This document shows, one piece after another, positions 1 to 8,663 of a stretch of DNA of 64,000 nt. Position numbers and translations under genes: made by a program. Numbering within the stretch: position 1 is the first letter of the stretch; each line of letters opens with the position of its first letter. The stretch covers positions 70,408 through 134,407 of the forward strand of contig LSNR01000014.1 in the NCBI GenBank assembly GCA_003056165.1. Direction: 5' to 3'. The notes below the pieces were generated by a model, which did no database searches, was not told the DNA's origin, and saw only the letters and a program-made list of their open reading frames with translations. The stretch comes from Parcubacteria group bacterium M6-OD1-3 (GTDB taxonomy: Bacteria > Patescibacteriota > Minisyncoccia > Moranbacterales > UBA9337).

Positions 1-251
1 CGTGCCAATTCCAGCGCTTCGCCTGTTGCCGTTAGTCTGATTAAACGACTAATACGAAACAGATGAAATGCATTGGCACCAATAATTGCAAAACCCAAGA
101 TTACAATAAAATTGTGGAAATTGGGAATTGCCGCCTGAATTGCCGCTAGAAAATATCCGCCAAGGATATAAAATGACAGCACTCTGGACATTGATTTTGC
201 TTCCGTCGTTCCGGCAGTTCGTAGTGCTCGGAAGAGCACGCGAAAGGTTTC
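1..251 (-). CDS. Partial CDS (N-terminus only; runs off the window edge); hydrophobic, probably a membrane or transporter N-terminus
   Basis: The minus-strand frame opens at an ATG (251-249) placed 5 nt after GGAGGT (a strong SD) and has no stop down to position 1. Translation begins MLETFRVLFRALRTAGTTEAKSMSRVLSFYILGGYFLAAIQAAIPNFHNFIVILGFAIIGANAF... The region is GC-rich. The track omits it because it is partial; the listed 49..348(-) ORF is in a different frame and looks spurious. Confidence 0.3.
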
Positions 252-268
252 CAGCATAATAACCTCCT

Positions 269-1015
269 TTATATCGCGCGAAAAATCGCAAAAAGTTTGG
301 CAAACGGATTTGGCCACCACGACATAGACATTGCCCGTTCCCAGTCATTGTTTATTTCTTGATAATAATTCTCAACAGCAGTTGAGGCAGATTGAATGCC
401 TCGCTGAAGTTGCTCAATTTTTTCAAGAAGCAGTGGCCAACCAATTGTTTTTGCCCAGTGATTCAGTTCATCCAGCGTTCCAAAAGGGGCATCTTGCATT
501 ACTCCTGTCATCAGAATATAGGCTTCAAATTCTTGCTCGGTGGAACAAGATAAAACCATATCCTGTAGAATGGAAACTCCCGGACGAATATATTCCGGAT
601 CGGGAATTTTTTTTGCGGATACCGTTTTTGCGGAGCCGTCTTTTTTTTCAACGGTTACGAAACCGCGACCGACGGCATCCATAGCAATAATCAAGCGAAA
701 ATGCTTGATATATTCGGTGCCGTTGACAGTATCTTCATACTCCAAATCGTTAATCACTTTTTGGAGCATTTTCCATTTCGCTTTGGAGCCAACTTTTTTC
801 TCGGATGACCGATCTCCGTTTTCCCATTTGGAAATGCTGAAAATATAGGAAAAAAGATGCTCGTCGTCCAACCCCTTGGGCTTGAGTCCGGTTTTGATAA
901 ATTCTTGAACAACCTCATGACCGGCGCCACCGACAATGGCGCGCCAGGCGCGAGTTAACCAGCGAAAAAAAACACCTTCTGTGATAGCTTCTGTTAAAAA
1001 TCCACCAATAGCCAT
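269..1015 (-). CDS. Hypothetical protein (248 aa) in a GC-rich segment
   Basis: Long minus-strand ORF with balanced amino-acid composition and an AGGAGG site 7 nt upstream of the ATG (reverse complement of 1016-1030). It is co-directional with, and immediately upstream of, the partial gene at 1-251. No family was recognised. The overlapping +strand ORF 331..684 has an implausible composition. Confidence 0.45.
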   Translation of the reverse strand: MAIGGFLTEAITEGVFFRWLTRAWRAIVGGAGHEVVQEFIKTGLKPKGLDDEHLFSYIFSISKWENGDRSSEKKVGSKAKWKMLQKVINDLEYEDTVNGTEYIKHFRLIIAMDAVGRGFVTVEKKDGSAKTVSAKKIPDPEYIRPGVSILQDMVLSCSTEQEFEAYILMTGVMQDAPFGTLDELNHWAKTIGWPLLLEKIEQLQRGIQSASTAVENYYQEINNDWERAMSMSWWPNPFAKLFAIFRAI

Positions 1016-1271
1016 AATATATCCTCCTGAATAGTTTTCATTACCACATTGATAATATAAGTTTATATTGTCAAAGAGCCGGTGAGGCTCGTTATTGATT
1101 GCCTCTGTTGTTGATATGCAGTATAGATATAGGTAGCATATTAACGGCTTATATTAGTACATTATTGTTGTTTTGTCAATCCATTTGAAGCTAAGTGTCG
1201 GAGGGTGCGATGTGATATTATAGTTAATACTATACATAGTGTTATTATGAGTATTGTTAATATTTTTTTGA

Positions 1272-1299
1272 TTGACAAAGATTGTTCTTCTGTTATGAT
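1272..1299 (+). promoter_or_regulatory. Candidate sigma70-type promoter for greA (TTGACA, 16-nt spacer, TATGAT)
   Basis: TTGACA at 1272-1277 and TATGAT at 1294-1299, about 110 bp upstream of the greA ATG. Confidence 0.35.
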
Positions 1300-1411
1300 T
1301 GGTGAGGAAAGATAAAAATAACTGCCAGGGCGGTCTTTTTTATTTCTTAATTAATTCACTAGACTCCTTACAAAGTTAATTTTGCGAGAAGTCTGTTTAA
1401 ATAAAAAATAA

Positions 1412-1870
1412 ATGACTAAATTAGTTACAGAAGAAGGATTAAAAAAACTTAAAGATGAATTAGCAAATAGAAAAATAAAAATCCGTCAAGAAATAGCCGG
1501 TGCTATTAAAGAAGCAAAAGAGCAGGGTGACTTGAGTGAAAATGCTGAATATAGTGAAGCGAAACGACAACAAGCAGAAAATGAGTCAAGAATAGCTAAC
1601 TTAGAAGCAATGGTTAAAAATTATCAAGTTGTAGAAAGCAATGGTAAATCAACTGGAATAGTGGAGATCAGTTCAGATGTAAAAGTAAAATTTGATGGTA
1701 AAGAGATAACTTTTCATATTGTAGGAGCCAGCGAAGCTGATCCTTCCAGTTTTAAAATTTCCAATGAATCACCAATGGGAAAAGCTTTTATGGGAAAGAA
1801 GAGGGGTGATATTGCTGAGGTGGAAGCTCCAGGGGGAATAGTAAAATATAAAATCTTGGAAGTAAATTAA
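1412..1870 (+). CDS. greA: Transcription elongation factor GreA
   Basis: 152 aa. N-terminal coiled-coil with an acidic tip (…EAKEQGDLSENAEYSEAKRQQ…) and a C-terminal FKBP-like domain; size and motif pattern are typical of GreA. Confidence 0.88.
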   Translation: MTKLVTEEGLKKLKDELANRKIKIRQEIAGAIKEAKEQGDLSENAEYSEAKRQQAENESRIANLEAMVKNYQVVESNGKSTGIVEISSDVKVKFDGKEITFHIVGASEADPSSFKISNESPMGKAFMGKKRGDIAEVEAPGGIVKYKILEVN

Positions 1871-1904
1871 AAATTAAAAATTTCTTGGAATTTAAAATTT
1901 AAGA

Positions 1905-1931
1905 AAGACTATTTTAAGATAGTCTTTTTTT
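1905..1931 (+). terminator. Rho-independent terminator after greA
   Basis: Hairpin AAGACTAT-ttaag-ATAGTCTT followed by a T7 run. Confidence 0.5.
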
Positions 1932-2003
1932 GATTGTTTCGGTAAATATAATTTAGTTTCTGGTACGATTTTAGATAGGATTTTAAATATTAAATAATTT
2001 ACT

Positions 2004-2123
2004 TATCCACAAACTAATTCTAAAAAAGACTTTGTGAATTATTTGTGATATGATATGATACTAAGAAATAAAGTAACTTCATTTAAATTTTAAAATAAAA
2101 CATAAAAATAAAATATAAAAAAT
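2004..2123 (+). repeat. Conserved leader/promoter region, copy 1 (repeated at 5647-5760)
   Basis: TTATCCACA…AAAAAAGACTTtGTGaATTATTTGTGATATGaTA…AAAGATAAAGTAACTTCATTTAAATTTTAAAATAAAA is about 85% identical to the sequence upstream of ORF 5761. It contains a TGnTATGAT extended -10-like element and a perfect DnaA-box 9-mer, TTATCCACA. Confidence 0.7.
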
Positions 2124-3593
2124 ATGAAAAAAATAGTGATAATTGCCATTATTGCCGTTGCGACGATGTTTTCCTTCGGTGGAATAAATGTTGTTTATGG
2201 CGGAGACACATCTATTGATAGTAGTGGTAATGTAATTTACAATTATAATGACAATAGTTCGCCGAAGAAAGTCAATAGCTATGTTAAAGATCCTATTGGT
2301 TGGGGAGGGGGGATCGGTGAGGGTGATAAGGGAAAAACCGGTGTTAATTGTTTTGATTATTATAGATTTCAAAGCGTTCAAGTAAATGTCGGTTCGGATG
2401 CTGATAGTTATAATGCTGGAGATGAAGTTAAGTTTATCGGTAATCTTGTAAATGAAAATAATCAACCGATTGTTAATGGAAATGTTTTTGTTCGTATTTC
2501 TCGAAAAAATAATGAGCATCCGGAAGACTGGGGTTATATAGTAGATGAATTTTTTGCTTTAGATAATATTGTTTTAAAAGCAAACGAAAGAAAAGAGGTG
2601 AGTTTCAGCTGGCATATTCCCAAGGGCACGACAGCTGGTAATTATCGGGCAAATTATTTTTTCACAGTTGGTAAAAAATTTAATTTAGGGGGATTATCTT
2701 TTTCTAATGAAGTTATTATCGGTTCCTCAAGTTTTGTTATTGAATCTCAAAACCATAATTATGTTCAGTTTGACAGATCAAAGACTAAGATTAATGAAAA
2801 AAAATATTTGCATGTAGGCAGTTTGCCGATTATAGATAAGGGTCAGTCTCCTGTACTTACCCAGATGATTGACAATACTTTCAGTGAGAATAAAGATGTA
2901 AAAATGACTTATGATTTATATTATTGGGATGGATTGAATGATGAAAATAAAATTGATTCTAAGACTGAGAATATAAATCTTTCGGCAAATTCAAAAAAGG
3001 AAATAAAATACACTTTCCCCTCAATGAATGTCAGTGTATACTTTCTAAGAGTTACTGCTGAGTATGATAATCAAAAATCAATTATAAATATTCGTTTAGC
3101 GAGCAAACAAGAGCGTCCAAGGCTCAATTATCCGGCGATTGTTTCTTTTCCGATTAAAAAAGGAGATAAGGAGATATTATATAGCTGTTTTCATAATACA
3201 TCAAATGTAAATACACAAGGAAAAGTTATTGTTACTTTAATTGACGAAGAGGGAAAAAAAGTGGCGCAGATTAATCATGAAGGAGAAATTCCTTCAGCAA
3301 TGTCAGCTGATAAAGTTGAATTTATTGCCAAAAAAAATTATCAAAAATTAAATTTGAAAGCAGAGGTTTATGATAAAAATGATAAGTTGGTCGATAGTTA
3401 TCAGACAACTTATGATTGCGCTGATTTTGATGCTTGCGACAATAAGAACAATAAAAACAATAATTCTGCTATCAACAGAATGAGAGATAGTTCCGTAAAA
3501 GTATGGTTGATTTTGTTAGTGATATTATTTGTAGTCATATCAGTTAGCACTCTTATTGTAGTTATCATTAAGAATAAAAATAAAAAGCGATAA
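2124..3593 (+). CDS. Secreted, C-terminally membrane-anchored surface protein (module A, copy 1)
   Basis: N-terminal signal peptide (MKKIVIIAIIAVATMFSFGG…) and a C-terminal TM helix plus basic tail (…VWLILLVILFVVISVSTLIVVIIKNKNKKR). Same architecture as the N-terminal half of ORF 5761. Confidence 0.7.
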   Translation: MKKIVIIAIIAVATMFSFGGINVVYGGDTSIDSSGNVIYNYNDNSSPKKVNSYVKDPIGWGGGIGEGDKGKTGVNCFDYYRFQSVQVNVGSDADSYNAGDEVKFIGNLVNENNQPIVNGNVFVRISRKNNEHPEDWGYIVDEFFALDNIVLKANERKEVSFSWHIPKGTTAGNYRANYFFTVGKKFNLGGLSFSNEVIIGSSSFVIESQNHNYVQFDRSKTKINEKKYLHVGSLPIIDKGQSPVLTQMIDNTFSENKDVKMTYDLYYWDGLNDENKIDSKTENINLSANSKKEIKYTFPSMNVSVYFLRVTAEYDNQKSIINIRLASKQERPRLNYPAIVSFPIKKGDKEILYSCFHNTSNVNTQGKVIVTLIDEEGKKVAQINHEGEIPSAMSADKVEFIAKKNYQKLNLKAEVYDKNDKLVDSYQTTYDCADFDACDNKNNKNNNSAINRMRDSSVKVWLILLVILFVVISVSTLIVVIIKNKNKKR

Positions 3594-3832
3594 TTGATAA
3601 AGTGATAAAAGCAGTATTGAGTGAATTTGAAAGTATATTATTTTTTTGAGGAGGATTTTGTCTCAAGTGAATTTGCAGAGAACGATTATTTATTAAATTA
3701 AAAATTGCTTAGATTTTAATTGATGAGAGTTAGTATATGTGAACAAAGAGTTTTATAAGATAAATATGTTTTGGATTAAACAAAAGAAATTGTTTTTGAG
3801 ATTAAAAAATAAATAATTCACTAATAAAAAAT

Positions 3833-5566
3833 ATGATAAAAAAATATTACAAAAAAATTTTGTTAAGCGTTGCAACGATAGCATTTTTAAGCGCATTAAG
3901 CGTTCCGAGCGCTATGGCGGTTTCTTCGTCTTGCAGTTATGTGCATAATCAGACATGTTGTGGGAATGGAGCAAAAACATTGGCAACCGGAACAGTTACT
4001 ATTAACCATGATATTTCTATACATGGTGGAAATAAGACTAATTTTTCTGTAGGAGATATTATCGTATTTGATTATTCTTGGGATGGAAGTTTCACAGCTA
4101 CAGGTGGATATTGGGACACCCCAACAGTTTTTAAATGTTCAACATGGAACGGTTGCTTTTCTTCATTTGTTGGCGCGACTAAGTCTAATCATTATACTCA
4201 AAAAATAGTAGATGATAACGGCCGGATAGGATATGTTCAATGGCAAGCGGACGAGCATAGTAATGCGGGAATTTCGGCTTCTTCATCTGACAATAGTGTA
4301 GTAGCTTGCACCGGAGTAATTTGCGCTGTCCTGGGAAACGGAAATGCAACAATAACTGTGACCGCATCTTCAGTGTGGGTAAGGCTTTTTTCTGAGATTT
4401 TTAGCGATGTTTCTCCATCTGGATGGTATGCATCTTTAGCGCCGGAAGGCTTTATAGATGTTCCTGGAAAAGGATATATTATCGGAAATAGTAAGCTTGA
4501 TGATGGATGCATTATAAGAAATATGAAAAGCCCATATACTACACTTTCGAATACTGGTAATTACAAAGGTTTAAGAATTCCAAGCAAGAGTGAAATGTTT
4601 ACGGTTAATACCCCTTCCACCCCCCTTCCCAAAACTAAACCGTCAACCACAATCACTGCACCAACTAAATTTGCTCCAACTGATCCTTACGATCTCATTT
4701 CTCTAGAAGGTCAAAATATTGACTTCAAAGGGACAAATACTGTAGGAAGCGGAGGAGGATCTACAGATAGATATGTTTGGGTAGATATAGACTTAAATAA
4801 AACAAATAGTCCCTCATATTTAGGTACAGATTGTCGAGCAGTGGATGGAGTAGATACAAATGGAGATGGTACTGTTGATATTAACGATTTATTACGCTTT
4901 GATTATATATATCCTAATTTCTCCACTAGTAGTCTATCACTCGGTGATCATAAAATATGCTTTAGTGTTAGACAAAAATATGCCGATGGAACAGTTGCTT
5001 GGGCTAATCCCATTGATAATGTTGATATAAAAATTACTTCTGCTACGCCCCCTCCAACCGTCGACTTAAAAATAAACGGAAGTGATAATCCAATCTCGGT
5101 CTCAAATGGTAGTGATTTAAACCTTACTTGGACAACAAGTGATGCCACATCTTGCTCAGTAATAAATGGTATTGGCTGGAATAATCCTAGCCCAAATATT
5201 CCAAATGGAAATAATAAGGTTACAGCTTCAACAGATTCAGCTTATACACTTTCTTGTATTGGGCCAGGAGGAACTGGAAATGATAGTGTATCGGTTCAAG
5301 TAACTTCTTCTTGTACTCCAAATTATACATATTCATGCATATCGACTAATAGTGTTGATTGTAATAAACCTAGTAATTGTGGATTAAGCAACACTCCAAC
5401 GAATTCTTGTCTAGCCTCTGATACTAATGGCTGTGTGCCTCCAGCAAACAAGCCACTTTCTGATTGTGAAACTGCCAATGGTGTTGGTACCTGTCCAGCA
5501 ACCGGAACAACAGTTGCTTGTCCAGCTTGTGCTAATGAATCTAATTGGGTAGAAGTAAATCCTTAG
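3833..5566 (+). CDS. Secreted Cys-rich protein with a conserved C-terminal domain (module B, copy 1)
   Basis: Signal peptide (…ALSVPSAMA). The C-terminal ~300 aa are clearly homologous to the C-terminus of ORF 5761: …AWANPIDNVDIKIT…VDLKINGS…YTLSC.GPGGTG…CPACANESNW. The tail is Cys-rich. Confidence 0.7.
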   Translation: MIKKYYKKILLSVATIAFLSALSVPSAMAVSSSCSYVHNQTCCGNGAKTLATGTVTINHDISIHGGNKTNFSVGDIIVFDYSWDGSFTATGGYWDTPTVFKCSTWNGCFSSFVGATKSNHYTQKIVDDNGRIGYVQWQADEHSNAGISASSSDNSVVACTGVICAVLGNGNATITVTASSVWVRLFSEIFSDVSPSGWYASLAPEGFIDVPGKGYIIGNSKLDDGCIIRNMKSPYTTLSNTGNYKGLRIPSKSEMFTVNTPSTPLPKTKPSTTITAPTKFAPTDPYDLISLEGQNIDFKGTNTVGSGGGSTDRYVWVDIDLNKTNSPSYLGTDCRAVDGVDTNGDGTVDINDLLRFDYIYPNFSTSSLSLGDHKICFSVRQKYADGTVAWANPIDNVDIKITSATPPPTVDLKINGSDNPISVSNGSDLNLTWTTSDATSCSVINGIGWNNPSPNIPNGNNKVTASTDSAYTLSCIGPGGTGNDSVSVQVTSSCTPNYTYSCISTNSVDCNKPSNCGLSNTPTNSCLASDTNGCVPPANKPLSDCETANGVGTCPATGTTVACPACANESNWVEVNP

Positions 5567-5646
5567 TTTTGAGTGAATTTAAATACAAATAAAATAACCG
5601 CAATAAAAACAACTTTAAATAAGTTGTTTTTATTGTAAAAAATATT

Positions 5647-5760
5647 TTATCCACAGATAACTTTTAAAAAAGACTTGGTGCATTATTTGTGATATGGTAA
5701 TATATTAAAAGATAAAGTAACTTCATTTAAATTTTAAAATAAAATATAAAAAATAAAAAT
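5647..5760 (+). repeat. Conserved leader/promoter region, copy 2
   Basis: See 2004-2123. Includes TTATCCACA at 5647-5655 and TGgTAATAT as an extended -10 candidate. Confidence 0.7.
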
Positions 5761-8496
5761 ATGAACAAAATAAAACAAGGTGCACTTATTGTATTTGGAA
5801 TGCTTTTTGTTATGGTTCCGTTAGTTAATTTGGTTTATGCACAAACAAATGAGGATATTGTTGGTTCAACTGTTGGAATGGATCAAGAGAATAGTCCTGT
5901 TGATGAAGACATAACGGTTAATAATGAAAACATAATTATACTAGCAAATGTAAATATCTGGGATGCGAAGATAAGCAATCAAGATGGAAATAAATTAACA
6001 ATAGACCTCGATATTAATAATGGTATTGGAAAATCTCAACCTAATATTAGATACGCAATTCAATTATTTGATAAAGGTAATGAGTCAAGAAAATTAGTTT
6101 CGGAAAAAGTATTTTCAGATGTTGTTAATGTTCCAGAAAATACCACTATACATAAAACAGTTAGCTATGTAGCTCCAGAATATCTCAAAGGAGATTTTGA
6201 TGTAGATATAATAAGTGAAAGTAGCGGAGGACTTCCATTGGGTGGCACTACTGCTGGGAGTATAACTCTTGATGGGTCTGGCGAGTACATCGATATTCAA
6301 AATGAGAGTTGTTTCTTAACTATCAAAAATAGTTCTGATAAAAAGAAGTATACTCTTCAGGACAGTATATCTATTGAGAAAAATCAAGAAGCTGTTATCT
6401 CTTGCGATATTAAAAGTAATTTTAAGAAAAATGAAAAAGTTATCCCATATATAAATATCTATCAAAGAGATTATTTTGGAAAAAAAATAAGAGAAGAAAA
6501 AGGAGAAGCTATAGAATTAGCACCTGGCAAAACAAAAACAGCGATATTTAACTTATCTGGAGTAGATAAGCCCCAAAGTTATGATGTAGTTGTTATGTTT
6601 AAAAAAGATGGTGATGTGGTAAATACCTCTGATGACACAAATAATATAATCTCTAACAAAATATTCTTTAGATATATTGTAGCTGGGATGGGTGCTAGTA
6701 TTCAAAATATTAGATTATCAAAAGATTACTATCAAAAGGGAGATTCCGCTGTAGTAGTATTAAATTGGTTGAAAAATGTGAATAAGCTTTCTGGGCCTGA
6801 AATAACTACAACCGAAGAACCTTCAATTATAGCAGAGGTAAATATTAAATCCTCTGATGGTAAAAAATGTGCTGAAGCAGTGAGAGAAAAAATGAATGAG
6901 ACAAGTCAAATGAAAAATGTGGCTGTAGTTATTCCAATAGTAAATGATTGTCTCAATCCTAGCGGAACTGTTAAACTGGTAGCAGAGGACGGAACGATTT
7001 TTGATCAGCAAGAATTTCAAATTAAAAGTAATTCTACATTCCAACCAAAAAAAGATTTTGAAAAAAATAATGAAAAAAAATTATCAATCCAAAAAATAAT
7101 GGCGATAGGTGTAACTATATTAGGAATAATAGTTATAGTTGGATTAATTGTTATTGTTATCAGACGGAATAAAAAAAGTGGTGGTATGATGAGCTTGTTG
7201 TTAATTTTATTAACAGCTGGTATTGTTTTTTCAACGAAAAATGTTGAGGCTACGACATTTAGCGCCTCAGTTCCTGGATTGGGTTTTGGTATTCCTATTA
7301 CTGTACAAATGAATAAAAGTGTCTATAGACCGAGAGAAAATGCTACTTTATCAATGCGTGTTAATGGTTCCGTCGTAGGCACAGCTATGTTTCTCAAGCA
7401 TTCTAGATATAATTTTTCTGCTAGTTTTAATGGTCATAGTTTAAGCAGACCAGGGAGCGTCAGTGGTTCAGTAGAAAGTAGATCAGGTAGATATAATGCT
7501 GGCGTCAGTGCATATGAGTCAATATGTAGACTTACCTGGTTAAATACATGTAATTGGGGGTCATCATCAAGAATTTTTAGCGGAAGTGTTCCCTATACGG
7601 TCAGAAGCGTACCAAGACCGCCGGCTAAAACCAATCCGAGAGCGATAATTGATGTTCCATCTAATAATTCCACATTTCAGCAAGGACAACGGATAACTTT
7701 TGCTGGACATGGTGTATTAGGAACTGGAGGAGGTAGAATTGATGAATATTTTTGGGCTGATGTACGACCAGGAACACCATCGTATAGAGGCACGAGATGT
7801 GCTTGTGCTGATGGCTTTGGAAATAGATGTTTAATAACTAGCGGATCAACATCCACTTACAGAACTACTGGACTTACCGTAGGAAATCATAGGATTTGTT
7901 TTAATGTTAGACAAAGATATACCGATAGAACAGTTGCTTGGGCTAATCCCATTGATAATGTCGATATAAAAATTACAACTCCTCCTCCAATCGTTGACTT
8001 AAAAATCAACGGTAGTGGCGGTCCAATTTCAAATGTTTCATCTGGTGGTGATTTGAGGATTGCTTGGACTGTACAAAATGCCACATCTTGCTTAGTAACA
8101 AGTGGTGATGGATGGACGGGCTCAAAAAATTCATCCCGTGGAAATGATAATGTCTTAGCTTCAACAACTTCAACTTATACACTTTCTTGCACTGGTCCAG
8201 GAGGAACTGGAAGTGATAGTGTTAGAGTGTATATTTGTGTCCCAAATCTTAATTATTCATGTCAGAAAACTAATGATAAGACAAGCTATTGTGCTAATCA
8301 TTGTGGAGAAATATTTACTCAAAAAAATAGATGCTTTGTTTCTGATGGAAATAGTTGTAGTCCACCAGCATCAACAGTAGGTATTAAACGGGCTTCTGTT
8401 TGCGCAAATCATAATACAACTTGTTCAGCAACTGAGCCAGGTGTTTCTTGTCCAGCTTGCGCTAATGAATCTAATTGGATTGAAATAAAGCCTTAG
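5761..8496 (+). CDS. Fused module A2-B2: signal peptide, surface domain, TM anchor (…IVIVIRRNKK), then a second signal-peptide-like segment (MMSLLLILLTAGIVFS…) and a Cys-rich B-type domain
   Basis: 911 aa. The internal TM helix plus RRNKK at about 7100-7176 matches the end of ORF 2124. An in-frame ATGATG at 7186 is followed by a signal-peptide-like segment and then a region homologous to ORF 3833, ending CPACANESNWIEIKP. There is no stop codon between the two halves. Confidence 0.65.
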   Translation: MNKIKQGALIVFGMLFVMVPLVNLVYAQTNEDIVGSTVGMDQENSPVDEDITVNNENIIILANVNIWDAKISNQDGNKLTIDLDINNGIGKSQPNIRYAIQLFDKGNESRKLVSEKVFSDVVNVPENTTIHKTVSYVAPEYLKGDFDVDIISESSGGLPLGGTTAGSITLDGSGEYIDIQNESCFLTIKNSSDKKKYTLQDSISIEKNQEAVISCDIKSNFKKNEKVIPYINIYQRDYFGKKIREEKGEAIELAPGKTKTAIFNLSGVDKPQSYDVVVMFKKDGDVVNTSDDTNNIISNKIFFRYIVAGMGASIQNIRLSKDYYQKGDSAVVVLNWLKNVNKLSGPEITTTEEPSIIAEVNIKSSDGKKCAEAVREKMNETSQMKNVAVVIPIVNDCLNPSGTVKLVAEDGTIFDQQEFQIKSNSTFQPKKDFEKNNEKKLSIQKIMAIGVTILGIIVIVGLIVIVIRRNKKSGGMMSLLLILLTAGIVFSTKNVEATTFSASVPGLGFGIPITVQMNKSVYRPRENATLSMRVNGSVVGTAMFLKHSRYNFSASFNGHSLSRPGSVSGSVESRSGRYNAGVSAYESICRLTWLNTCNWGSSSRIFSGSVPYTVRSVPRPPAKTNPRAIIDVPSNNSTFQQGQRITFAGHGVLGTGGGRIDEYFWADVRPGTPSYRGTRCACADGFGNRCLITSGSTSTYRTTGLTVGNHRICFNVRQRYTDRTVAWANPIDNVDIKITTPPPIVDLKINGSGGPISNVSSGGDLRIAWTVQNATSCLVTSGDGWTGSKNSSRGNDNVLASTTSTYTLSCTGPGGTGSDSVRVYICVPNLNYSCQKTNDKTSYCANHCGEIFTQKNRCFVSDGNSCSPPASTVGIKRASVCANHNTTCSATEPGVSCPACANESNWIEIKP

Positions 8497-8548
8497 TTTT
8501 GAGTGATTGATATTAGATATAATAATTGAAACTTGACTCAAAAAGAAG

Positions 8549-8589
8549 AGACAGTTTAAATAATATTGAAGCTGTCTTTTTTTTGAAAA
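8549..8589 (+). terminator. Putative terminator after the surface-protein modules
   Basis: AGACAG…CTGTCT hairpin followed by a T10 run. Confidence 0.4.
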
Positions 8590-8663
8590 TGTAGTATAAT
8601 AAAGTTAGAATCAAAAAAGTTTTATTGATAATGATTTAATAAAAATAAAATAAAAATAAATAT

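Noticed and set aside
331-684. +strand ORF (117 aa) in the GC-rich block
   Set aside because: It has an implausible, Leu/Arg/Phe-rich junk-like composition and overlaps the far more protein-like minus-strand ORF 269-1015, so it is probably the shadow frame of that gene.
2004-2012. DnaA box as a marker of the replication origin
   Set aside because: There is only one 9-mer per leader copy, with no cluster of boxes or AT-rich DUE and no dnaA or dnaN gene nearby. It is reported as a low-interest finding only.
4948-5148. Antisense ORFs 4948-5148(-) and 7887-8084(-), 65-66 aa and mutually similar
   Set aside because: They lie antisense to the homologous C-terminal domains of the two surface proteins. 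Their similarity comes from the sense-strand duplication, not from independent genes.
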